This document shows positions 1 through 8,992 of a stretch of DNA of 64,000 nt, one piece after another. Numbering within the stretch: the first letter of the stretch is position 1; the number at the start of each line of letters is the position of its first letter. Made by a program: the position numbers and the translations under genes. Under the pieces are notes generated by a model. That model did no database searches. It had not been told where the DNA came from and worked only from the letters and a program-made list of their open reading frames with translations. Source of the DNA: an uncultured bacterium (lineage in GTDB: Bacteria; Patescibacteriota; Saccharimonadia; UBA4664); contig CAVRET010000002.1 in the NCBI GenBank assembly GCA_963720265.1, positions 942,069 to 1,006,068 of the forward strand, given 5' to 3'.

Positions 1-3000
1 CATCCCAGCTCATATTTACCGTGCCGCCGGTACCAGGCTGCAGAGCACCTGCAGCGGGCCAATCGCCGCCACTGGGCGGCTGATTCCAGAGCTGGGTTTG
101 GCCGCCGAGGTAGTTTATAGGGGCACCGCCGTCCGAACCCAAGCCGTCTACTACTACCTGTGCGGTTGAGGTCGTGGCTACATTAAGGCTACTGTCGGTC
201 GTTCCGGTACCAGAGGCCGTGGCCACAGTCCCGAATGGCGTTGTCTGGTCGACATTATAGAACGTACTCGCGCCTATCAGCCTGCCGCAGGCGTTATTTA
301 ATAGTGTGGCCACAATGTTATGGGTCCCGGATGGAGGATTTAAAAGGTACCACATCTCCACGTGCGGGCCGGCCGCGCCCGCTACAGTGGAAAGCTGGGT
401 CAAATTTATTCCGTTATACGTAACTGAGGTGTATGAATCGGTGGTGCAAGTGATATCCGTGACCATAAGTAAACGATTGGATTGAGTGCCGGTGGTGAAG
501 CTAAGGGTGGCGTTAGCCGGGAAGCCGCCAATCATTGAGCCCGTATTATCAAGTGCTATGGCGTTGCCGCTGGGTTTGGCAGTTCTGAATATCAGGGACC
601 CCGATCCACCGGACCCGGTGCCGTTGGAGGCATCGAAGGTAATGTTGGCGCCATTGTCGTCAGTGCCAATGGCCGCGCCGCCTCGGACCGTGAGCGCGGT
701 CGGCGTATTGTCCTGACCCAGAACTAGTGCCGTATTGGTAGTGTCGGCCGTAAGCAAAGCCTCACCTGATGCATTCTGTATCTGGAAGGCGGTGGTGGAA
801 TTCGTGTAGTTTTCGAATGTCGCCGAGCCATTGGTTCCGATGGTCTCGGCCCCAACAGTCTGGTTGTTCGTGAAGAAAAGGAGGGGGTTATTTGAAAAGG
901 TTCCATAGGCACCACCCTCTGCGTCATTGAGAGCCGAGCCGACGGTCACGGTGCCGTCTGATTGGGCATATCCAACTTCGTCATTGCCAGTATTGGCCAT
1001 AAGCCACGCGCTGCAGGTGCTGGGAGCATACCCAACTACCACGCAGTGGTCGGCGGTGTCGACGTTGAGCAGGCTATCCCCGCCGGCGTCTTGAACCTGG
1101 AAGGCCGCGGTGGAATCGGCCGTGTTCTCAAGTGTAGTAGCACCGGTATTGGTGATGGTTGCCACATTCACGTCACCTGAACCAGTATTCGCCTGCACAT
1201 TGAGGAGATTCGCAGTTTGACCATTGGCTCCTTGCACAGTAAGACCGGTTTGGCCGACGCCGTCAGTCTCAACCTCGAGCGCCGAATTCGAGCTATTGGT
1301 GCCGACGCCGACGTTACCGTTGGCTTTGACGTTGAGCCGGTCGTAACCTGACCTTGCATAGGCTAATCCGCTAGCCGACGTGGCCGCGGCACTGTAGAGC
1401 GTGAGGTGGGTGTCATCGGTAATGCCGGCAATGATCCCGGGATTTGATTCGCCGTTAATGAGAATGGTGTCGCCGGCCTGGAAGGTAGTGGTAAAGGTTG
1501 TGCCGGAGCCGACGATTGCGGCCGTGCCATTGGTGGTAATTGTGCCGGGTTCAACTACGCCGTTGTAATAGGTTTGACTGCTACCGCTAGAAATTGAGGT
1601 GCTTACGGTCAGGCTCGTGTCACTGGCAATGGCCGTCACACTGCGGAGTTGACCGTTCACTAGGATTCCGTCGCCAACCCTAAAGTATTGTGTGAACTGG
1701 GTGCCGGTGCCAGTGACGGTGGTGGTGCCGTTGGTGGTGACGGTGCCAACGCCGGTGCCGGTGGAAGCAAACTGGCCGACATCATACGTACCCGCTTGAT
1801 AGGCTCTGAAGGCCGGTACGCTCGAGGTGTTGACGTTGAGCTTGGCGTTGGGGACGTTGTTGACGCCGACGGTTAGGGTGGTGCCGGACGTAGTTCCGAA
1901 GGTTGAGTTGTACGGGACGCTAAAGCCTACACCGGCGCCAACCGCAACTGTTGTGCCGTTGTCGGTGAGGTCAGAATTGCCGATGCTGCCGGTGCCGGTG
2001 AATTTGGCGATGGTATTGTTGGTACCGCCGCCGGTGGTAACACCGCCGCCAACGCCTGCGCAGTTGCCGCTGGTGGTGCAAAGATCGTAGTTGCCAGCGG
2101 CTAGGGCCGGGAAATTGAGGATGGCACTCGCGGTCGGCGTATCGAAACCGATAGTTGTGACTTTGCCGGAATTGGTTGCCGTGATGACGCTTGAGTCCGT
2201 GCCCTGGAGCGTGAAGGCCTGTCCGGTGGCGCCGAGCGTTAGGCCAGACGACGGTGTAATCGCATTGGTGTCGACGCCTACGAACGTGGGGGTGGCGCTG
2301 GTCGCGATGCTCTGAATAGTGTCAACGTTGCCCGATGAAACCGTGAAGTCGGTGGCATTAAATTGCGCCAGACCAAGTTGGGAGGTTGAGGCATCCTGAA
2401 TGGTAACCGTGGTGCCGGTACCGGTGGAGTTGGCTATGGTAAGGGCGCCGGGTAGGCTGTCGAGAGTTGTAACCCCGCCACCTCCGCCACTGGGGCAGGA
2501 GGTCCAGGTGGGGGCGCCGGCGGTTGACTCCAGGCAGAGGCTGGGAGATCCGGCCACCAATGATGACAGTGCGCTCGTGCCGCCTCCGATCAGCACGCCG
2601 TCGGCGGCAAGGCTGGTGGCGCCGGTGCCGCCTTGGGCCACACTCAGCGCAGTCGTGAGGCCAGAGAGTGAGGTGATGTCGGAGTTGGAGCCCGAGGCGG
2701 CAGCACCGAGGTTGGCGAGGGCACCGGCGGCGCTATTTGCGCCGGTACCGCCGTTTAGGATGCCCAGTTGACCTGTAAAGGTAATGTTGCCGGCGGCCGA
2801 GAGCGCAATATTGCCTGAGGCTGAGACAGCCAAGGTGCCGGAAGCATTTGGGACAGTAATTGATTGGCTGGCGCCTAGGGTTGCGGTTGTAACCGTGGTC
2901 GTAAAGCCGTCGGCGGTGCCGTCGTCGAACAACAGTGAACCGGCGGAGGAGGAGGAGCCGAGCGTGAGCGCGTTCGCACCGGCGAGTGTGGCAGCCGCAA

Positions 3001-6000
3001 AGGTTGGGGTCGAGGTGGTAGCAATGCCCTGGATGGTATCGATCGCGCCGGCAGAAGCCGTGAAGTCGGCGGCGTTAAACTGGGCGATGCCTTTTTGACT
3101 GGTGGAGGCGTCGTCGATGGTGACGGTGGAGCCCGAGCCGGTGGCGTTGGCGACCGCGAGGGCGCCGGACAGGCCGTTGAGCGAAGCTACTCCCCCACTG
3201 CCGCCGGACGAACCGGACAGGCAGGCGTTAAAGTTTAGGTTGCCATGCCCGTCGGTGGTGAGGCAGTTTCCGCTCGAACCGTCGGCCGTTGGCAGGGTGA
3301 AGGTGAGATTTGAACCGGAGACACCGGCTTGAAGGGTAAACGTGTTGTTATTGGTGCTGTTATCGAAGGTGATGCTACCGGTATTGCCCGAGGTCGTACC
3401 GAGCGTGAGGCCGCCCGTGCCCTGAATGACTCCGGCACCGGCAACGGTGATGGTGGTGCCGGATTGCGAGATGACAGAACTGCTCAAGGTTTGGGCACCC
3501 GTGAACACGGCGATGCTGCCATTGGCGCCGCCGCTCGCCGTAACACCGCCGCCGGAGCCTGCGCAGTTGCCGCTGGTGGTGCAAAGATCGTAGCTACCGG
3601 CGGCTAGGGCCGGGAAATTGAGGGTGGCACTCGCGGTCGGCGTATCGAAGCCGACGGTCGTGATTTTGCCCGTATTGGTAGCCGTAAAGACGCTTGAGGC
3701 ATTACCTTGGAGGGTAAAGGTTTGGGCAGTCGCGCCCAAGGTGAACGCTCCGGACGGCGTAATCGCGTTGGTGTCGAGCCCGGCAAAGGTCGGCGTCGCA
3801 CCAGTGTCGATATCCTGAACCGTGTTGATGACGCCGCTTGCCGCCTGGAAATTGGTACCGTTGAACGCGGCGACACCCTTTGTCGCGCCGTCGGCGGCCG
3901 CGTTTTGGATAGTTACCGTTGAGCCTGAGCCGGTTGAATCGGCAATTGTGACGACGCCCGACTGGTTGTCCAGCGAGGTAACGCCGCCGACTCCCCCGCC
4001 GGTGCAGGCAGCCCAGGTGGGAGCGCCGGCCGTTGATTCGAGACACAAATTCGGGGAAGCCGCCGCGAGTGCACTAATGGGACTCGTGCCGTTACCGAGG
4101 AGCACACCGTCAGCCGTGAGCGTAGTAGCGCCGGTGCCGCCCTGCAGCACATTAAGAGCGGTCGTGAGGCCGGAGAGCGAGGTGATGTCGGAGTTGGGGC
4201 CTGAGGCAGCGGCGCCTAAGTTTGTGCGGGCGCCGGCGGCAGCGGTGGCGCCGGTACCGCCCTGGTTTACGGCCAATGCGCTGGTGAACGTCACCGTGCC
4301 GGTGACCGACAGGTTGCCGGTGTCTGTTACAACCGTGCCGTTGTCAGTTAGGAGCGAAGGCGCAAGGTTGGAGCCTGAGGTATATTTGGGAATATCGCCG
4401 GCGACAGCAGCTGAGGTTGAAACACTGCCGCCTACACCGACGCAGTTTCCGGCCGTGGTGCAGACATCATAGGTGCCGGCAGCAGCAGTTTGCAAACGAT
4501 ACGTGACATTGGCTGTGGGCGCGACGAACGTAAGCTGGGCCGTGTTACCGGAGTTTGTGGCAGTGACGGTGGTGTTCGAGCCTTGCAGAGTAAGGGATTG
4601 CCCAATGGCGCCGACCGTGAGCGCAGCGCTGGGTGTGATGCTGTTCGTGTTAATGCCGGCAAAGGTTGGGCTGGCGGTGGTAGCAATATCTTGGATAGTG
4701 TTCACAAGGCCTGCGGCAACGGAAAAGTTGGTGGCGTTAAACTGGGCGATGCCTTTTTGCGCGGTGGAAGCGTCCTGAATGGTAATGGTGGTGCCTGTGC
4801 CGGTCGAATCGGCGACGGTGAGGGCGCCGGCCAGATTGTCCACGGTAGCAACTCCGCCGGTGCCGGGGCAGGCGGCCCAAATCGGGGCGCCGGCCGTTGA
4901 TACCAAGCAATCCCCGGCGGAGCCTGAAACCAGCGCTGATAGTGGGCTGGTACCCTCGGCGACGACAACGCCGTTGGCCGGTAGGCTGGTCGCACCGGTA
5001 CCGCCGCTGGCAACCGCGAGCGGGGCGGTAAGCGTGAGCCCGGCGAAGGTGGGCGAGGCCGTGACGTCTATGTTCTGGACGGTGTTAACCGCGCCGGCTA
5101 CGACCGAGAAGTTGCCCGCGTTAAAGCTGGCGAGGCCGGGCGTGGCCGTGGTGGCGCTATCGATGGTGATTGTGCCACCGGCACCGGTAGCATTTGCGAT
5201 GGTCACTGCCCCGGTTTGGCTGTTGACGGATGCTACTGCCGCACCGCCGGCGCAGGATCCCCACTGCAGATCGGTAGCTGCCGATTCGAGACACAGGCCG
5301 GCCGACCCTGGTGTGGCTACGCCCAATGAGGGGCCACCTTGACCGTAGAGAATGCCGAGATTCGGTACGCTTGTCAGCCCCGTGCCACCCTGGGTGATTG
5401 GGAGCGGAGTGCTTAAGATCAGATCAGAGATGGTGGTAGTCCCGGTTAAGCTGGCCGGTCCGGAGATGGTCACCGAGCCGCCCAGTGTGGTCTGACCGCC
5501 GACGTTTAGATTGCCGTTAAAGCTGTTTGTCGCGGTGAATGTATTACGGGCGCCCAGCAGGGCCGCACCGTTTTGCAGGCTCGCTATGGACGAAGTTAGT
5601 ACATAGGCGGAACCCGGTTTGCCGCCCAAGAGACTGGCATCGACGTTTGTTAGACCAGCCCCGTTGCCGGCGAGAGCGCCGGCCTGGAGCGTACCGGTAA
5701 ACGTGCCGTTTTGGGCGCCGGTGACGTTGCCCTGAATCGTAATATCGCCGGACACTTGCAGACTATGGGCGAGCAGGGTTTGGAGGCTTGCAGCTTGCGA
5801 CTCGAGATAGGTGACACTAAGCTGGCTTGGTCCCATCGCTGGTGCCGGCACTTGCTCGAGTCTTGAGGCCGGAATGGTGGTGGTCGGGCCGGATTTCGTG
5901 GCCGCAGTAGGCGATTCGTCCAGACCTGGTAAGTGAGCGAGTTTAATAACCGCAAAGCTGACAATTAGCGCAACCGCTACACCAAATCCAATATACGAGA

Positions 6001-6091
6001 GTATACGAAACCAGCGCCGTGCGAAATTGCGCGTCGTTGGAGTTTTGTTGGGGGACGGCGGCCGCATACTTAACGGTTGCTCTGGGGGCAT
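1..6091 (-). CDS. Giant repetitive cell-surface protein, more than 2000 aa, truncated at the window edge. An N-terminal signal/TM anchor is followed by Gly/Thr/Ala/Asn-rich tandem units with recurring Cys pairs (for example SPNLCLESTAGAPTWAAC).
   Basis: Manual minus-strand translation from ATG at 6067 (or the in-frame ATG at 6091) reads MRPPSPNKTPTTRNFARRWFRILSYIGFGVAVALIVSFAV (TM) then continuous LTGTTTISD, GGTGLTSVPN and CLESAATDLQWGSC-type repeats. No stop was met over the ~1 kb translated by hand; continuity across the rest is inferred from the recurring repeat units. The gene runs off position 1, so the ORF track lists only short antisense Pro/Val-rich artefacts here. Confidence 0.75.
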   Translation of the reverse strand, partial: MPPEQPLSMRPPSPNKTPTTRNFARRWFRILSYIGFGVAVALIVSFAVIKLAHLPGLDESPTAATKSGPTTTIPASRLEQVPAPAMGPSQLSVTYLESQAASLQTLLAHSLQVSGDITIQGNVTGAQNGTFTGTLQAGALAGNGAGLTNVDASLLGGKPGSAYVLTSSIASLQNGAALLGARNTFTATNSFNGNLNVGGQTTLGGSVTISGPASLTGTTTISDLILSTPLPITQGGTGLTSVPNLGILYGQGGPSLGVATPGSAGLCLESAATDLQWGSCAGGAAVASVNSQTGAVTIANATGAGGTITIDSATTATPGLASFNAGNFSVVAGAVNTVQNIDVTASPTFAGLTLTAPLAVASGGTGATSLPANGVVVAEGTSPLSALVSGSAGDCLVSTAGAPIWAACPGTGGVATVDNLAGALTVADSTGTGTTITIQDASTAQKGIAQFNATNFSVAAGLVNTIQDIATTASPTFAGINTNSITPSAALTVGAIGQSLTLQGSNTTVTATNSGNTAQLTFVAPTANVTYRLQTAAAGTYDVCTTAGNCVGVGGSVSTSAAVAGDIPKYTSGSNLAPSLLTDNGTVVTDTGNLSVTGTVTFTSALAVNQGGTGATAAAGARTNLGAAASGPNSDITSLSGLTTALNVLQGGTGATTLTADGVLLGNGTSPISALAAASPNLCLESTAGAPTWAACTGGGVGGVTSLDNQSGVVTIADSTGSGSTVTIQNAAADGATKGVAAFNGTNFQAASGVINTVQDIDTGATPTFAGLDTNAITPSGAFTLGATAQTFTLQGNASSVFTATNTGKITTVGFDTPTASATLNFPALAAGSYDLCTTSGNCAGSGGGVTASGGANGSIAVFTGAQTLSSSVISQSGTTITVAGAGVIQGTGGLTLGTTSGNTGSITFDNSTNNNTFTLQAGVSGSNLTFTLPTADGSSGNCLTTDGHGNLNFNACLSGSSGGSGGVASLNGLSGALAVANATGSGSTVTIDDASTSQKGIAQFNAADFTASAGAIDTIQGIATTSTPTFAAATLAGANALTLGSSSSAGSLLFDDGTADGFTTTVTTATLGASQSITVPNASGTLAVSASGNIALSAAGNITFTGQLGILNGGTGANSAAGALANLGAAASGSNSDITSLSGLTTALSVAQGGTGATSLAADGVLIGGGTSALSSLVAGSPSLCLESTAGAPTWTSCPSGGGGGVTTLDSLPGALTIANSTGTGTTVTIQDASTSQLGLAQFNATDFTVSSGNVDTIQSIATSATPTFVGVDTNAITPSSGLTLGATGQAFTLQGTDSSVITATNSGKVTTIGFDTPTASAILNFPALAAGNYDLCTTSGNCAGVGGGVTTGGGTNNTIAKFTGTGSIGNSDLTDNGTTVAVGAGVGFSVPYNSTFGTTSGTTLTVGVNNVPNAKLNVNTSSVPAFRAYQAGTYDVGQFASTGTGVGTVTTNGTTTVTGTGTQFTQYFRVGDGILVNGQLRSVTAIASDTSLTVSTSISSGSSQTYYNGVVEPGTITTNGTAAIVGSGTTFTTTFQAGDTILINGESNPGIIAGITDDTHLTLYSAAATSASGLAYARSGYDRLNVKANGNVGVGTNSSNSALEVETDGVGQTGLTVQGANGQTANLLNVQANTGSGDVNVATITNTGATTLENTADSTAAFQVQDAGGDSLLNVDTADHCVVVGYAPSTCSAWLMANTGNDEVGYAQSDGTVTVGSALNDAEGGAYGTFSNNPLLFFTNNQTVGAETIGTNGSATFENYTNSTTAFQIQNASGEALLTADTTNTALVLGQDNTPTALTVRGGAAIGTDDNGANITFDASNGTGSGGSGSLIFRTAKPSGNAIALDNTGSMIGGFPANATLSFTTGTQSNRLLMVTDITCTTDSYTSVTYNGINLTQLSTVAGAAGPHVEMWYLLNPPSGTHNIVATLLNNACGRLIGASTFYNVDQTTPFGTVATASGTGTTDSSLNVATTSTAQVVVDGLGSDGGAPINYLGGQTQLWNQPPSGGDWPAAGALQPGTGGTVNMSWD
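2041..2290. repeat. Internal long repeat unit of the giant surface-protein gene (copy 1). It is near-identical to 3543–3790, and the units recur about 1.5 kb apart.
   Basis: The ~100 bp run ctggtggtgcaaagatcgta through ggcgtatcgaa is shared almost base for base with 3570–3670. Flanking blocks at 2400–2760, 3900–4260 and 4780–5000 are also similar. Confidence 0.7.
3543..3790. repeat. Internal long repeat unit of the giant surface-protein gene (copy 2).
   Basis: See copy 1. The direct repeats lie about 1.5 kb apart within one reading frame. Confidence 0.7.
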
Positions 6092-6189
6092 ATCCTCACA
6101 TCACACAAAACTGTCTCAATTTTCCTCCCCCAAATGGATTAGCACAAGCTTTTTGCGTTGCCTAATGCCGTTATGGCTGCGCGAGAAAG

Positions 6190-6245
6190 GGAGCTTTAGT
6201 CGAACATCTTTTAGAATGGCTTGAAGGCTATGCCAATCTTTTAGC
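6190..6245 (-). repeat. Cassette-boundary repeat, copy A. It is the most diverged copy, carries the tagtcgaacatcttttagaatggcttgaagg..atgccaatctttt arm, and overlaps the mazF stop.
   Basis: It aligns with copies B, E and F over the agtcgaaca(c/t)cttttagaatgg(c/t)ttga.gg...atg.caa block. Confidence 0.7.
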
Positions 6246-6579
6246 CGTTTACCAGACTCGTAACCAGTCGTTGCGTCATTTTCATGACATCTTCATCAAC
6301 AGATCGATCGTACTTTACGCTGCGGCCTCTCCAATCCAGGCTTTTCATTTGGTCGGCAAGAATAACACCGTCGATGGCTCCGCTTTTGATTCGTACTTCA
6401 AAAGGATATTGTTTCACCTTGGAAGTTATGGGGCATGCGAGCATCAAGCCACTACTTGCATTGTATGATCTTGGCGACACCACGAGTGCCGGCCTGACTC
6501 CTGATTGTTCGTGGCCAACTTGGGGGCTAAAGTTTAGCCAGACGACATGACCCCTTTCGGGTACGTAGGCATTTACCAT
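6241..6579 (-). CDS. mazF: Type II toxin MazF/PemK endoribonuclease.
   Basis: The sequence VPERGHVVWLNFSPQVGHEQSGVRPALVVSP...LACPITSK is the canonical MazF/PemK motif. It overlaps the upstream mazE by 7 nt. Confidence 0.85.
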   Translation of the reverse strand: MVNAYVPERGHVVWLNFSPQVGHEQSGVRPALVVSPRSYNASSGLMLACPITSKVKQYPFEVRIKSGAIDGVILADQMKSLDWRGRSVKYDRSVDEDVMKMTQRLVTSLVNG

Positions 6580-6821
6580 ACTTCTTTGCCAACCGGTGCG
6601 CCCCAGTCTGTCTCCCCGTGCATATTTTCCGGAGTAATGCGTTTAACTAGGTCTTCCAGCGCAATTGGGGCATCTGCTTCCCGTTTGATGGTAGCAGTGC
6701 TACCGTCAGTCGTGATTTCAACATGGGTGTCATCTTGTAGGCCGAGATCACGTGCGATGCGCAACGGTATTCGAATTGCCAGGCTGTTTCCCCATTTTTT
6801 TACCTGAACAGTCGTCTTCAT
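6573..6821 (-). CDS. mazE: Type II antitoxin MazE (AbrB/SpoVT fold).
   Basis: MKTTVQVKKWGNSLAIRIPLRIARDLGL is the MazE/AbrB swapped-hairpin signature. It forms an operon with mazF. Confidence 0.8.
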   Translation of the reverse strand: MKTTVQVKKWGNSLAIRIPLRIARDLGLQDDTHVEITTDGSTATIKREADAPIALEDLVKRITPENMHGETDWGAPVGKEVW

Positions 6822-6922
6822 GCGTTACGCCTCCATTTACATTATTGTATCTTCTTGTATATACAAAAGCAACGTTACAAGTTTATACGAAAGTGTGATC
6901 CAATATTGTCACGTTTTTGTAC

Positions 6923-6988
6923 GCCTGAGTGGTCTCTTGTCGAACACCTTTTAGAATGGCTTGATGGGACTATGTCAATTTTTTAGCG
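6923..6988 (-). repeat. Cassette-boundary repeat, copy B (cctgagtggtctcttgtcgaacaccttttagaatggcttgatgggactatgtcaatttttt).
   Basis: It shares the ctgagtggtctc block with copy F and the full right arm with copies A, C and E. It ends 6 bp before the relE-like stop. Confidence 0.75.
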
Positions 6989-6993
6989 CTCAG

Positions 6994-7254
6994 TCATTCA
7001 TACAGCCGCGAGTGACTGCCTACCGCTACAAATACTGCCTCGTCGTTATTTTTCAGAATAAATAATGCCCGCAAGTCAGGCTGCACATCAATACTCCGGT
7101 AAGCTTTGTATTTGCCCCTTAAGGTATGGTTGCGAAGGGACTTGTGCAGAGGATTTTGTTCGAAAAGCTCGATGACTTCGGTTAAGACCTGCCTTTGCGA
7201 GACGTCGAGTAGCTTGACTTGGTTAACGAATCCTTTTGAAAAGGATATTTTCAT
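6994..7254 (-). CDS. Type II toxin of the RelE/ParE superfamily, YafQ-like.
   Basis: HTLRGKYKAYRSIDVQPDLRALFILKNNDEAVFVAVGSHSRLYE matches the YafQ/RelE C-terminal core. It overlaps the upstream antitoxin by 4 nt. Confidence 0.75.
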   Translation of the reverse strand: MKISFSKGFVNQVKLLDVSQRQVLTEVIELFEQNPLHKSLRNHTLRGKYKAYRSIDVQPDLRALFILKNNDEAVFVAVGSHSRLYE

Positions 7255-7532
7255 TTGGCTTCTTTGCGAAGAAAATCTAGCGCCTTTTCATTGCTATCGA
7301 ATGTGTAATAATCGCCGGCTTTGATTTCTTTACTCGTATCGGCCAAAAGTTCTGCAATGGCCGTATTGGGGACTTCCGGCAATTCAAAGGCTACGCTTTG
7401 TTCAGCAACGAAGCGTCTAAGCTCGTTGTTTAGGACCGCGCTGATACTGATGCCCAGTTTGTCTGCAGTTCTTGCAGCCTCCTCCTTGAGGAGAGGATCA
7501 GTCTTGAGATTGATGACAGAATATTTACTCAT
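7251..7532 (-). CDS. DinJ/RelB-family antitoxin.
   Basis: MSKYSVINLKTDPLLKEEAARTADKLGISISAVLNNELRRFVAEQ is a DinJ/RelB-like ribbon-helix-helix N-terminus. Start is taken at internal ATG 7532 and is translationally coupled to the toxin. Confidence 0.65.
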   Translation of the reverse strand: MSKYSVINLKTDPLLKEEAARTADKLGISISAVLNNELRRFVAEQSVAFELPEVPNTAIAELLADTSKEIKAGDYYTFDSNEKALDFLRKEAK

Positions 7533-7639
7533 ACCAAAAGTATATACCTTTGGTAGTATACGATCAACTGGAATAGACAAAAGCACCACCTTGACGCGGC
7601 AGATTAGTCACCATAATCTCTCTGAGGTTTTCCGCTATT

Positions 7640-7984
7640 TCACTCGCCGCTGATTAGCAAGGTGGCTTTTTCGGTTGCCTCACGAAGAACGGACTTAGGA
7701 GCTTTCATTATAAATGCCGTTTCCCTTGCCTGGTAATCAACACTTCGAACATGGATAGTCAGTATAGCGCCTTGGATCTTGCCGCTATTTATAGCCACTT
7801 CATAGGGCTTGTCCTTTGGCTTGCTCGTAATCGGACAAATTACTACGAGGCCGGTCCGTGCAGCAAGCAACTCCCTGGAAAGCACGAGCACTGGTCTTCG
7901 GCCTGATTGCTCATGGGCGGTCCTTGGGTCGAGCTGTAACCACAGAATATCGCCGCGGTCAGGTATATACGGGTTACTCGTCAT
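7640..7984 (-). CDS. mazF: Type II toxin MazF/PemK (second copy, a diverged paralogue).
   Basis: IPDRGDILWLQLDPRTAHEQSGRRPVLVLS...VVICPITSK. Confidence 0.85.
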   Translation of the reverse strand: MTSNPYIPDRGDILWLQLDPRTAHEQSGRRPVLVLSRELLAARTGLVVICPITSKPKDKPYEVAINSGKIQGAILTIHVRSVDYQARETAFIMKAPKSVLREATEKATLLISGE

Positions 7985-8231
7985 ACCAGCGTTCGGCTCC
8001 TACATCGGGTCCCCAGTCGGACTGTGGATGGACATTATCGGGAGTGACTCCTTCGAGCATGTCCTCAAGTGTCAGCTTACGCGTCGGTGTCGCTGTGATT
8101 ACCATTGTTTTGCCGTTGCTTTTAATCTCAATGTCGGAGTCGTCGGAGAGGCCCAGGTCCTCCGCTACGTGCTGCGGAACTCGGATGGCGAGGCTGTTCC
8201 CCCACTTCTTAACTTTTGCGTCGACTTTCAT
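7974..8231 (-). CDS. mazE: Type II antitoxin MazE (second copy).
   Basis: MKVDAKVKKWGNSLAIRVPQHVAEDLGL. An AGGAGAG RBS precedes ATG 8231, so the listed longer ORF start at 8261 is probably not used. Confidence 0.8.
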   Translation of the reverse strand: MKVDAKVKKWGNSLAIRVPQHVAEDLGLSDDSDIEIKSNGKTMVITATPTRKLTLEDMLEGVTPDNVHPQSDWGPDVGAERWYDE

Positions 8232-8266
8232 ATTAGCTCTCCTGGCAGTATATACCATCATGTCTA

Positions 8267-8297
8267 TTGATGGCCTTATGTCAAATTTTAATAAGCG
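8267..8297 (-). repeat. Cassette-boundary repeat, copy C. Only the right arm survives (ttgatggccttatgtcaaattttaataagcg).
   Basis: It matches the right arm of copy E (ttgatggccttatgtcaactttttagcc). The left, tRNA-like arm is replaced by the mazE start region. Confidence 0.6.
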
Positions 8298-8303
8298 AGC
8301 CTG

Positions 8304-8723
8304 TTAGGCTGACTTTGGTAGGTCGCTCCGAAATATATTTTTTAGCTCTCTTGGATGTGTTACGCCGATGCCACGAAAAGGATTTAACAGCAATAGATCT
8401 TGATCGGCTGAAATTATTAGGTGTGCTGGTGCTGCTAAAGCACACTCGAGAATCATTATATCGTCCGGATCGCGAATCGTACCCCGTTCCAGGTGACTGG
8501 ATGGATTTATTATAGAAGCACGCTCTCGGATCCCGCTAATAAATGCGTCTACTCGCTCAGCACTGAAGCTGAATTCATGGACAAGCTTTTCTCTAAGCTC
8601 GTCAAGAATCGGGTCCGAAACAAACAATTCGAACGAGCTTCGTGGCTGGCCAGCAATTCTAAGCCACATCTCGGTTGGTCCACCCGGTTTTAAGGCGGCG
8701 GCAATGAAAATGTTGGTGTCAGC
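8304..8723 (-). CDS. vapC: PIN-domain toxin (VapC-like). The N-terminal PIN motif lies upstream of the first canonical start codon.
   Basis: The listed ORF (from MWLRIAG) carries IRDPDDIMILECALAAPAHLIISADQDLL. The same frame continues upstream as VVADTNIFIAAALKPGGPTE with no ATG, GTG or TTG. The PIN acidic-triad N-terminus is therefore encoded but lacks a standard start. Confidence 0.55.
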   Translation of the reverse strand, partial: ADTNIFIAAALKPGGPTEMWLRIAGQPRSSFELFVSDPILDELREKLVHEFSFSAERVDAFISGIRERASIINPSSHLERGTIRDPDDIMILECALAAPAHLIISADQDLLLLNPFRGIGVTHPRELKNIFRSDLPKSA

Positions 8724-8730
8724 AACAACC

Positions 8731-8964
8731 CTAATTTTCTTTGAGGTATCGATAGACGTCGTCCTCAGTTTCCAGACCTAACCTGGCCGCGATAACTCGC
8801 CCTTCGGCCTGTATGTCGTCCAGGGCGCGATGAAACCGGTACGATTTATACATGTCGCGCAAGATATCGCTCTTAGAGCGCTGCTCTTGGGCAGCGAGCT
8901 GGTCAATCCCATCCTTTACATCTAGCTCGATTGAAAAGCTGGCAATGGTTTTTGGCTGCTTCAT
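8731..8964 (-). CDS. Ribbon-helix-helix (CopG/VapB-like) antitoxin.
   Basis: A small protein lies immediately upstream of the PIN gene. Its C-terminus, AARLGLETEDDVYRYLKEN, is typical of RHH antitoxins. Confidence 0.55.
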   Translation of the reverse strand: MKQPKTIASFSIELDVKDGIDQLAAQEQRSKSDILRDMYKSYRFHRALDDIQAEGRVIAARLGLETEDDVYRYLKEN

Positions 8965-8992
8965 TCTAATTCTTTCCTAATAGTTTTTATTA

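Noticed and set aside
235-5342. Many plus-strand ORFs of 60–216 aa with Pro/Val/Ala-rich low-complexity translations, and minus-strand Arg/Pro-rich ORFs in other frames.
   Set aside because: They are out-of-frame or antisense shadows of the single giant minus-strand surface-protein gene. The real frame is continuous and runs off the window edge, which is why it is missing from the ORF list.
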